Positions 38,267-47,021 of a DNA stretch of 64,000 bases are shown piece by piece. Position 1 is the first letter of the stretch; every line of letters begins with the position of its first letter. The stretch is from Eubacterium sp. (lineage in GTDB: Bacteria > Bacillota > Clostridia > Lachnospirales > Lachnospiraceae). Location: positions 12,425 to 76,424 of the forward strand of contig JAZASH010000002.1 in the NCBI GenBank assembly GCA_036343395.1, in the 5' to 3' direction. The notes beneath the pieces are model-generated. The model was not told where the DNA came from, made no database searches, and saw only the letters and a list, made by a program, of their open reading frames with translations. A program made the translations under genes and the position numbers.

Positions 38267-39412
38267 ATGATTAGATCGATTCCGTTTAACACGCCAACAT
38301 TGTCTGAAAAAGGGTTTTCCTATATTGGTGATGCTGTAAAAATCAATAAAAGACTAAATGGGGACGGACCGTTTACGCGGATGTGTACAGAATGGTTTGA
38401 GGAAAGACTCAGTACAAAAGTTCTTCTCACAACATCCTGTACACATGCTCTCGAGATGGCTTCGGTGTTATCTGATATTCAACCTGGTGATGAGGTGATT
38501 ATGCCATCTTTTACATTTGTTTCTACAGCAAATCCGTTTGTTATCAGAGGGGCGAAGGTGGTTTTTGTTGATATTCGTCCAGATACAATGAATATTGATG
38601 AAGATTTCATTGAGTGTGCCATTACAAACAAAACCAAAGCTATCGTCCCCGTTCACTATGCTGGAGTATCTTGTGAGATGGATAAGATTCTTGATATTGC
38701 TCATAGACATAATCTGCTAGTGATAGAGGATGCTGCCCAGGGAATGATGTCAAGATATAAAGATAGAGATTTGGGGACGATGGGAGACTTTGGAGCGTAT
38801 AGTTTTCATGAAACCAAAAACTATACAATGGGTGAAGGTGGTTTGTGTTTAATTAATAATGAAGCATACACGGCTCGGGCTGAGATTATTCGTGAAAAAG
38901 GGACGAATCGATCTCAGTTTTTCAGAGGTGAAGTGGATAAATATAGTTGGGTAGATGTTGGTTCCTCATATCTTCCCAGTGAGATGAATGCTGCGTATCT
39001 TTACGCTCAACTAGAGTTTGCTGAAGAGATTAATAAGAAAAGATTATCTTTATGGGAAAGATACTACAATGGCTTAAGAGCATTGAAAGACGATGGATAT
39101 ATAGAATTACCTCATGTCCCAGAAGGATGTGTGCATAATGCTCATATGTTCTATATCAAGGTGAGGGATTTAGATGAGAGGACCAAACTGATCGCATTTC
39201 TTAAAGACAGGGGGATAGGTGCTGTTTTCCATTATGTTCCATTACATTCATCTATCGCAGGAAGAAAATTTGGCATTTTCTGTGGAGAGGATGTGTACAC
39301 CACTAAGGAGAGCGAGAGATTGTTAAGATTGCCTATGTTCCATGATCTTACTCTGGAAGATGTAGATTATGTGGTTAAAGAAATCGCGTCTTTTTTCGGC
39401 GTTAAGTTTTGA
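38267..39412 (+). CDS. wecE: dTDP-4-amino-4,6-dideoxygalactose transaminase
   Basis: GDGPFT...LLTTSCTHALEM...SFHETKNYTMGEGG...EKGTNRSQFFRGEVDKYSWVDVGSSYLPSE. Confidence 0.93.
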   Translation: MIRSIPFNTPTLSEKGFSYIGDAVKINKRLNGDGPFTRMCTEWFEERLSTKVLLTTSCTHALEMASVLSDIQPGDEVIMPSFTFVSTANPFVIRGAKVVFVDIRPDTMNIDEDFIECAITNKTKAIVPVHYAGVSCEMDKILDIAHRHNLLVIEDAAQGMMSRYKDRDLGTMGDFGAYSFHETKNYTMGEGGLCLINNEAYTARAEIIREKGTNRSQFFRGEVDKYSWVDVGSSYLPSEMNAAYLYAQLEFAEEINKKRLSLWERYYNGLRALKDDGYIELPHVPEGCVHNAHMFYIKVRDLDERTKLIAFLKDRGIGAVFHYVPLHSSIAGRKFGIFCGEDVYTTKESERLLRLPMFHDLTLEDVDYVVKEIASFFGVKF

Positions 39413-39438
39413 CGATTCTTTGGGGAGGAAGGAACAAT

Positions 39439-40824
39439 ATGATTCAAGATAAGGACTTGCATTTTTTAAATAAAGTATTAAATGTGGGGGGGGTTGACAT
39501 TCCTATTTATATTTTTGGTGCAGGGCAGTCAGGGGATAAGGTTTATTCATATCTCACAAGTTTGAACTTAGTTCGTTGTGTTAGAGGGTTTATAGATAAT
39601 GATATTTCACTTCAGGGTGTAAAGAAAAATGGTGGTCTCGTATATTCGCTTGATGAAGTAATTGAGAAGCACGGCAAGGAAGACGTATTTATAATAATTG
39701 CATCTCTATATCACGGGTTAGATATATCTAAACAACTGGCTTCGAAAGGGGTTTTGTTCTACTATGATGCAAAGGATTTGATTTCACCTACAAGTGATAA
39801 ACTGATAAAACAATTCAACAAAAAACCTATTGTAGGGAAATACTGTCTTGTCCCTTTTGACAATATGTGGCTGTATAGAAACCAGGCTCTTACGTGTTGT
39901 CCGCAGTATATCAATTATATTCCGATCGGAAACCCTCAGATTCAGTCGCTGGACGAAATCTGGAATTCGCCTATGGCACGTCAGATTAGGCAATCAATTA
40001 TAGACGGAACTTACTGTTTTTGTAATTTCGATTTATGTAGCGGACGCAAGTTGGTAGATTATGAGGAGTTGGATGATGAGCACAAGGATATAATAGACAA
40101 AGAAAAAACAATTATGGATAGAGCGCCGAAGTCTTTACACACCGGGGTTGATCCATCATGTAATCTTCGTTGCAAGATGTGTCGACCGGAAAGCATTCAT
40201 TCTTCAAAAGAAAGAGATATTCTAAACATTTATGATCAATTGTGTAAGAAGAGATGGGATGGGTTAGAACTAATTAGTGCAAATGGTGCAGGGGAATTAT
40301 TCTTTGGTGATAACGATTTAAGACTTCTTGAGAGTATTGATGAGGATCGTTTTCCAGACTTAAAAACGGTTCGTTTAGCGTCAAATGGAGTTCTGTTTAC
40401 TGAGGAAAAATGGAATAGGATTGATCGTTTAGCGGATAAATACAAGATTTATGTAGCAATTTCTGTTGACGCGACCACGAGAGAAACATACGATAAAATT
40501 AGAATTGGAGGGTCGTTTGAATCCTTGAAAAAAAACCTTGAAATGTTATCAGTTAAGCGGATTGAAGGTAGGATTACGTATCTGGAGTGGCGGTTTTGTG
40601 TTCAAAAAGACAATTGGAAAGAGATGAAAAGCTTTGCAGAATGGGGAAAAAGACTTCAAGTGGATAGGGTTTGGTTCCAAATTTTACAAGGCGGTACAGT
40701 GGATGAAAACGTCAGTGATGTTAACAATAGTGAATATGAAAACTTGAAAACGATCTTAGAAGATCCTATTTTTCATGAGGATTTTGTGGATATAGAACAA
40801 CTTAGACCTGTTTGGGATAACTAG
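39439..40824 (+). CDS. Radical SAM protein with N-terminal Rossmann-like and SPASM-like segments
   Basis: CNLRCKMC motif; GAGELF; upstream C..PF...CC...IGN...SLDEIWNS...C..C..C segment. Confidence 0.8.
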   Translation: MIQDKDLHFLNKVLNVGGVDIPIYIFGAGQSGDKVYSYLTSLNLVRCVRGFIDNDISLQGVKKNGGLVYSLDEVIEKHGKEDVFIIIASLYHGLDISKQLASKGVLFYYDAKDLISPTSDKLIKQFNKKPIVGKYCLVPFDNMWLYRNQALTCCPQYINYIPIGNPQIQSLDEIWNSPMARQIRQSIIDGTYCFCNFDLCSGRKLVDYEELDDEHKDIIDKEKTIMDRAPKSLHTGVDPSCNLRCKMCRPESIHSSKERDILNIYDQLCKKRWDGLELISANGAGELFFGDNDLRLLESIDEDRFPDLKTVRLASNGVLFTEEKWNRIDRLADKYKIYVAISVDATTRETYDKIRIGGSFESLKKNLEMLSVKRIEGRITYLEWRFCVQKDNWKEMKSFAEWGKRLQVDRVWFQILQGGTVDENVSDVNNSEYENLKTILEDPIFHEDFVDIEQLRPVWDN

Positions 40825-40848
40825 AATAATTGCTCCTAAGGAGAAGGT

Positions 40849-42693
40849 ATGGATATAGAAGAAAAGATTGAAAATGTCACAAATAAAGTGTATGAAGTTC
40901 TCGGTATTGATAATAAGCGGAAAAGGGTCTTTTCTGTCATTGGTGATATTGTACATTCTGTTTGCGCTAAGTATAGTAAAATTGGTATCTTTGGTACCGG
41001 TGAACACACTCGTGAACTGTTTCAAAGGTTTCAAGTTGAAAATGTAATTCTTTTTATTGATAAAAACCCCGATATTGAGTCGTGCTTTGAAATGCCTGTT
41101 GTAAGGCCGAATGATAATCTGGTTTTTGGATTAGAATGTATAATAATTTCAAGCTATATGTATCGAAAGGAAATGGTGTTCGCGCTTGTTTCCCAGGGGT
41201 ATAAAGGATATATTCTTGACATTTACGATGAGGCCGAAAGAAGAGGTGTGTTTCTGGATCGCGTTTTTTATCAAACCCCATTTCCTGGCTTTAGCGAGAT
41301 ATTCTTGGCTCTAAATGGTTTGCAGTTTGCGGAAAGCATTGAACGAAAAAGCGAACTAATGGGAACAGCCATAGTATCTTTTCTGGAAGTCAGAGACTTT
41401 CAGAGTGCAATAAAGTATATGGAATTGTACGTTGAGAACGAATACGACAATTATGTTTCATTAAAAGGTATATGCGATTCGTTCAAAAAGGTTTTGAGTG
41501 ATATCAAGAAAAGGATCCAGAATAGGAAGAAGAAAGATATCATTATCCATTGGATAGATGGCCTTGGGAATGATACGGAAGCGATGCCCTTTTTGCAAGA
41601 CGAAATCGCCTCTGGGATTATGTTTAATAATGCTTTTACTGTTGTTCCGTGGACTTCATCCGTGATCGAGAATCTTTGCTTTGGAGAATTAAACATTGAA
41701 GGGAAACTGTTCGATAAAGATTTGCCTTTTTCAAATAGTCCACTAATTAAAGAGGCTGAAGCAAATGGATATCGTTTTGTATATGCTGGGGCGCCGGATC
41801 GTGCCCTAAGATTCTTTGGAGACAACAGTGTCTACAGTATGAAAAGGTTTCAGACTAGAGTTTACTCATTACCGTCTACGATAATAAGGTGGGAGGCGAT
41901 AAAGGCCCTGTATGAGGCTGACACTCCCTTGGTGTTACTTATCCATTCACTTTATGAGACGCATGAATTTGTTTCCCCCTATGGTTGTTTGTCTTTACTC
42001 TATGATACAAACGATTGCTGTGCCCGCGGAATAGTTGATGTCAATTCGTTGGATGACGAGAGACACAAGGCAAATAATTATGCAGATAAGCAAATGAAGT
42101 GGTTTTCAGATTTTCTTTCAGAAGACAGCATACGAATATATTTTAGTGATCATGGCCCGATTTACGGGTGGCAGTATCCTTTCGAAGATGTGCGTTCCAG
42201 AGTGTTTTTATGCATAAACAGTACGGATATCAATTCGATGGTATATGATGGTTTGTTTTCTCTTGTGAACTTTCGGGATGTATTAAAGCACATATATAGT
42301 TGTGATTATAACTTTGACGATGTAGTGTCAGACTATATTCGCCTTCAGGGATATGATATGTATTCAAAAGAAAACGTGATCGCGATGTTGGAGGGGTGTT
42401 ATGCAAATGCGGATATTTCAATAATGCAATACCGTGGAATTCGTTCGTGTGAGGATAAGTATGTTCGATATATTGATGGCAGGGAGTTTTATTTCAGGTT
42501 TCCGGATGAGAAAACCAACCTGATTAATGATAAGAAATACCGGAATAGAATTTCCTTGCTTCGTGATTTGAACGGTACAAATTATATTGACGTTTTCAAG
42601 TATGACAAGTTTATCGCGACGGTTTTGCTGTATCAGAAGTTGAAATTAAATATCGAGTTTGATGAAGATGGTGAACATGTATTCTTCGAATGA
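40849..42693 (+). CDS. Alkaline-phosphatase/sulfatase-fold protein A
   Basis: IIHWIDGLG...NAFTVVPWTSS...HSLYETHEF...YFSDHG. Confidence 0.65.
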   Translation: MDIEEKIENVTNKVYEVLGIDNKRKRVFSVIGDIVHSVCAKYSKIGIFGTGEHTRELFQRFQVENVILFIDKNPDIESCFEMPVVRPNDNLVFGLECIIISSYMYRKEMVFALVSQGYKGYILDIYDEAERRGVFLDRVFYQTPFPGFSEIFLALNGLQFAESIERKSELMGTAIVSFLEVRDFQSAIKYMELYVENEYDNYVSLKGICDSFKKVLSDIKKRIQNRKKKDIIIHWIDGLGNDTEAMPFLQDEIASGIMFNNAFTVVPWTSSVIENLCFGELNIEGKLFDKDLPFSNSPLIKEAEANGYRFVYAGAPDRALRFFGDNSVYSMKRFQTRVYSLPSTIIRWEAIKALYEADTPLVLLIHSLYETHEFVSPYGCLSLLYDTNDCCARGIVDVNSLDDERHKANNYADKQMKWFSDFLSEDSIRIYFSDHGPIYGWQYPFEDVRSRVFLCINSTDINSMVYDGLFSLVNFRDVLKHIYSCDYNFDDVVSDYIRLQGYDMYSKENVIAMLEGCYANADISIMQYRGIRSCEDKYVRYIDGREFYFRFPDEKTNLINDKKYRNRISLLRDLNGTNYIDVFKYDKFIATVLLYQKLKLNIEFDEDGEHVFFE

Positions 42694-42739
42694 ACGCAAT
42701 ATGGATGCAGGTTATAGTTGTACAAAAAAAGGAGGAAAG

Positions 42740-43249
42740 ATGATTCTTTGGTTAATTGGAATATCCGGTGCTGGAAAAACCACTTTGGGAAGAAAACTGG
42801 AAAAACACTTCAATGATATTGGAAAGAAGTGCTATCTTCTTGACGGGGACGAAGTTCGTGACCTTTTTGATCGTGATTTGGGGTATACAGATACGGATCG
42901 GGAGGCGAATATAAAGCGTATAATCTTAGGGGCTTATTTGCTTGACAGGAACGATATTGTTGGGATAATCTGTAATATTGCTCCGATTGAGAGACTACGA
43001 CAGCTTGCTCGTAAGAAGATTACTGGATATAACGAGATCTATTTGAGAAAAGACATTCAAGTGAGTATTAAAAATGATGTGAAGAATGTTTACAGGGACA
43101 ATATGGGTAAGACACAGATTGTCGGATTGGATACATCTTTTGATGAGCCGCAGTCACCGGATTTAGTTATTGATGTAGATGAGGAATCTGAAGAGGAGAG
43201 TTATAATCGTATTCTTGACTATATTCATAAGAAGTATGGGGAGGATTGA
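42740..43249 (+). CDS. cysC: Adenylyl-sulfate kinase
   Basis: WLIGISGAGKTT...LLDGDEVR...FDEPQSPDL; adjacent to sat. Confidence 0.82.
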   Translation: MILWLIGISGAGKTTLGRKLEKHFNDIGKKCYLLDGDEVRDLFDRDLGYTDTDREANIKRIILGAYLLDRNDIVGIICNIAPIERLRQLARKKITGYNEIYLRKDIQVSIKNDVKNVYRDNMGKTQIVGLDTSFDEPQSPDLVIDVDEESEEESYNRILDYIHKKYGED

Positions 43250-43253
43250 TCAG

Positions 43254-44315
43254 ATGAGGTACAGCGTAACGATAGATCAGGAAACACTTCAGGACGTGAT
43301 CAATATAGAAACAGGTCTTTTGTATCCTCTTGATGGATTTATGGGGAAAGATGATTTTGAGTCTGTTGTTTCTGATTGTATATTGTCAGATGGGAAGGTC
43401 TTTACTATTCCCGTCACGTTGGATGTGCCGAAAGAAATCTATGATTCTGTCAAGACAGGAGATACAGTTGATCTGTTATTTTGGGAGGATATTGTTGCAA
43501 GTATAGTAGTAGATTCTTGGTTTGAAATGACAGATCAAGCGTTGAAAATGGTTTTCAAGACCCTTGATTTGGCGCATCCAGGCGTGAAGAAAGAAAAGGA
43601 AAGAAGTCCTTATCGAATAGGTGGCAAGACCGAACTTATAAAAAAAGAGCTTTTGGAAGATGCTCTTAAGCCGGAAGACACAAGAAAAGTATTTGCAAAT
43701 AATGGTTGGAGAACGGTTGTTGGATTTCAAACCAGAAATCCCATACATAAGGCGCACGAGCATATTCAACGTCTTGGGCTAGATGTATGTGATGGACTTT
43801 TTATAAATCCGATAACCGGTTGGAAAAAGAAGGGTGATTTTTCGGAGGAGGCTGTTATAGCTGCCTATGAGACTATGATATCTGAGTTTTATCCGAAAAA
43901 TCGGGTGTATTTGGCAGGTCTTCGTACACAGATGCGATATGCAGGACCTAGGGAGGCTGTCTTTCATGCTATTATTCGACGGAATCTTGGTTGTACGCAC
44001 TTTATTATTGGACGGGATCATGCTGGAGTTGGTGGGTATTATGGAGCATATGATGCTCATGCACTTGCGAGAGAACTATCAGAAAAGTATGATCTTGGAA
44101 TAGAACTTCTATTGACTAGAGAACCTTATTATTGTAAGAAATGTAAACAAGTTGTAACGGATCATACCTGCTCTCACTATAATACTCACAGAGTTGAGAT
44201 AAGCGGAACAATTATTCGCGGATATATAAGTGATGGTCATATTCCGGATGAACTTATGCTGCGCAAGGAGATTTTTGATGCGATTTGCTCCTGTAAATCG
44301 ATTTTTGTTGAGTGA
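43254..44315 (+). CDS. sat: Sulfate adenylyltransferase
   Basis: PLDGFM...FQTRNPIHKAHE...MRYAGPREA...GCTHFIIGRDHAGVG. Confidence 0.95.
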   Translation: MRYSVTIDQETLQDVINIETGLLYPLDGFMGKDDFESVVSDCILSDGKVFTIPVTLDVPKEIYDSVKTGDTVDLLFWEDIVASIVVDSWFEMTDQALKMVFKTLDLAHPGVKKEKERSPYRIGGKTELIKKELLEDALKPEDTRKVFANNGWRTVVGFQTRNPIHKAHEHIQRLGLDVCDGLFINPITGWKKKGDFSEEAVIAAYETMISEFYPKNRVYLAGLRTQMRYAGPREAVFHAIIRRNLGCTHFIIGRDHAGVGGYYGAYDAHALARELSEKYDLGIELLLTREPYYCKKCKQVVTDHTCSHYNTHRVEISGTIIRGYISDGHIPDELMLRKEIFDAICSCKSIFVE

Positions 44316-44323
44316 GGTTTTAT

Positions 44324-44575
44324 ATGACTTCTCATAAATCATTAGATATTTTAAGAGAGATTGTGGGAGATGAAAAGTTTTATGAGATATCGGAAGCGTT
44401 ATCCGGACAGACGGTGTATTTCCCCTTTGATTATGAATGGAATGATAAAGAGATGAGAAACATGAAACTTCGTGAGGACTATTACAGCGGTATGTATGAG
44501 GTTACGGATTTGGCTAATAAGTATAAACTGAGCATTTCCCGAGTGTATAAGATTATCCAGCAAGTCGGTCGTTGA
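44324..44575 (+). CDS. Small Mor/CD3324-like HTH protein
   Basis: GQTVYFP...RN..LREDY...LANKYKLSISRVYKII. Confidence 0.7.
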   Translation: MTSHKSLDILREIVGDEKFYEISEALSGQTVYFPFDYEWNDKEMRNMKLREDYYSGMYEVTDLANKYKLSISRVYKIIQQVGR

Positions 44576-44715
44576 TTTTCTCTTTTTCTTGGATGATAAC
44601 TATTTCTCATTTTTATCCTTTCTCTTAGAAAGAGGATAAAGAAGCTGTTAGATAGTTGATATAATGCGTATTCTTTGATAGGGTTAAGGCATTAATAATA
44701 GGAGGTTGAGTCGAG

Positions 44716-45981
44716 ATGTCATTGAAAACCTTGTCAGAAAACGAAATTGTCATTACATTAATTGCCCTTGCATTGTTACTGCTCTTTGCCTATGGAGTAG
44801 GGACGTTGATGGAAAAGATTAAGGCTCCGCGTGTTGTGGGAGAGATTACAGGTGGTATTCTGCTGGGTGGGACATGCTTGTATTTCTTTTTTCCTGATTT
44901 CATTGACGGTATTTTTTCAGGGTATCCTGAAGAAGGGAAAGTTCTGAATGCTTTCTATCAACTTGGCCTGATTTATTTGATGTTTCTTTCGGGATATAAT
45001 ACCAAACTTGAAATAGACAAGAGTAATGCACGTACGATAAGTTGTGTGTTTGTTGGAGCAACTATTCTTCCGATGGCGGGTGCGATTCCATTTATTCCGA
45101 TTTTTGAGGATTATTTCAAGGGGCCTTCCGGCGGAAGCATTTCTTTTGGATTAGTGTTTGCTATAGGTATTGCGATTACATCGATACCAGTGATCTCAAA
45201 GATATTCTTTGACATGGGGATAATGAATACGAAGTTTTCCAACACGGTACTCACGGTATCTACATTTCAGGATTTGTGTTTGTGGATTCTTTTGAATACC
45301 GCTACTAGAATTGCCTCCACCGGCGAGTTGGAAATACCGGACATGCTTATTGTGGTTGGATGCACTATTGGCTTGTTTGTTGTTGCAAAGCTGATTTCCA
45401 GTTATATGAAAGTGAAAGAACTTGATTTGAAACCGATTACATTCTACTCGGTTAGTTTTGTGATTCTGCTGTTGGTGTGTGCTGGGTTATATACAGTGGG
45501 GATCAACATTATGTATGCAGCATTTCTTGTTGGCTATCTAGTCAAGTCTTTCGTTGGCGACCGTCCCGAGAGTGATGCGAAAAAACGTATGGAGTCACTC
45601 GGTAACTTTGCTTTTTCCTTTTTTGTGCCAATATATTTCGCATTGGTCGGAATTCAGTTAAATCTGATTCATAATTTCTCACCTTGGAGATTTTTGCTTT
45701 TCTTTGTAGTGGCATTTGGTTTAGAAGCGATTGGGACGCTTGTTATGCTTCAATTCTCCAATCTAAATCGCCAGACAAAGATTAATTTTGCTGTTACTAT
45801 GAATGCGCGTGGTGGCCCTGGAATTGTATTAGCTACGGTTGCGTATTCCTATGAGATTATTAGCATTGAGTTTTTTACTGTTTTGATACTAACTACGATG
45901 CTGTCTTCCCTGATTGCGGGGTACTGGTTAAGAAGGCAGCAAAAAAAGGATGAGAGTATTTTTATGATTCTTACAAAATAA
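44716..45981 (+). CDS. Cation:proton antiporter (CPA2 family)
   Basis: About 12 hydrophobic segments; PRVVGEITGGILLG, TSIPVISKI, FFVPIYFALVG, MNARG. Confidence 0.88.
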   Translation: MSLKTLSENEIVITLIALALLLLFAYGVGTLMEKIKAPRVVGEITGGILLGGTCLYFFFPDFIDGIFSGYPEEGKVLNAFYQLGLIYLMFLSGYNTKLEIDKSNARTISCVFVGATILPMAGAIPFIPIFEDYFKGPSGGSISFGLVFAIGIAITSIPVISKIFFDMGIMNTKFSNTVLTVSTFQDLCLWILLNTATRIASTGELEIPDMLIVVGCTIGLFVVAKLISSYMKVKELDLKPITFYSVSFVILLLVCAGLYTVGINIMYAAFLVGYLVKSFVGDRPESDAKKRMESLGNFAFSFFVPIYFALVGIQLNLIHNFSPWRFLLFFVVAFGLEAIGTLVMLQFSNLNRQTKINFAVTMNARGGPGIVLATVAYSYEIISIEFFTVLILTTMLSSLIAGYWLRRQQKKDESIFMILTK

Positions 45982-46030
45982 TGATAACGACCTATTATTA
46001 AGGGTGGTTGATTAAAGAAAGGAGAATCTT

Positions 46031-47002
46031 ATGCGACGTTTTATTCTGACTACAGGACCGGCACTTCTTCATGAGGTACCTTTGAGTGAGGTGCATGACT
46101 CCAGAAATATTTATAGGATTAATGGAGCACATGGGGGTATTACTGATATCGAGAATTATATTAAGGAGATACGTCGACAGGAACCCGACGCAGATATTCT
46201 AATGGATCTTCCGGGCAATAAAGTGCGTACCAAAGAACTTCCAAATGGTGGTGTTGAAGTTGAGGTTGGGAAGCAGTTTTCTATTCCTTCTGAGTGCTTT
46301 AACTATTCCGGTTTTTGGAAACATCTTAGGCCGGGGATGATTGCGTGGGCAAATGATAGCGTGTTTGAATTTGAGGTAATTTCGTCGGACGAAAAGAATA
46401 TCGTGTTCTTGTCAAAGTCGGATGGCGTTCTGATCAACAATAAGGGGGTTCATGTTCGTGGAATACATGATAGTATGCCGTTTCTGTTTGAAAAGGACAA
46501 GAAACTGATTGAACTTGCGAATAAATGGGCACTTTCGTTTGTTGGGTTATCCTTTGTACGTAAAGCGGAGGATGTGAGTGAAGCCAGGGGGTTGCTATCG
46601 AAAAACACCGAGATTATCACTAAGATTGAAACTTTGGATGCGGTAAACAATATAAACGATATTTTGCCTTTGACGAGGTATATCCTTATAGACCGTGGCG
46701 ATTTGTCTACCGATGTTGGAGTTGATCGTATTCCTAGATTTCAAGATTTTATTATTAGACGGGCTCATTTTTATGATGTGAGAGTTTTTTTGGCTACACA
46801 AGTCTTGAAAAGCATGGAGACTAAGCCACTTCCGACGATCGGAGAGGTTGAAGCGCTTTATAATATCTATAAAGCGGGTGTATATGGCGTCCAGATGTCA
46901 GAAGAGACAGCAGTTGGGCAGTATGTAGTAAAGTGTGTTGAAAAACTAAGAGAGATGGAAGAAGAGGTGCTCTCGGAATCGATTACACTTCATAAGGCAT
47001 GA
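46031..47002 (+). CDS. Divergent, C-terminally truncated pyruvate-kinase-like protein
   Basis: TTGPA, RINGAHG, DLPGNKVRT, LSFVRKAEDV, KIE, RGDL, ATQVLKSM, SEETAVG; lacks the C domain. Confidence 0.75.
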   Translation: MRRFILTTGPALLHEVPLSEVHDSRNIYRINGAHGGITDIENYIKEIRRQEPDADILMDLPGNKVRTKELPNGGVEVEVGKQFSIPSECFNYSGFWKHLRPGMIAWANDSVFEFEVISSDEKNIVFLSKSDGVLINNKGVHVRGIHDSMPFLFEKDKKLIELANKWALSFVGLSFVRKAEDVSEARGLLSKNTEIITKIETLDAVNNINDILPLTRYILIDRGDLSTDVGVDRIPRFQDFIIRRAHFYDVRVFLATQVLKSMETKPLPTIGEVEALYNIYKAGVYGVQMSEETAVGQYVVKCVEKLREMEEEVLSESITLHKA

Positions 47003-47021
47003 TTGATATTGAGGATGAAAA

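Noticed and set aside
40849-42693. Classical formylglycine sulfatase with an adjacent anSME maturase
   Set aside because: There is no C/SxPxR motif; Thr occupies the nucleophile position
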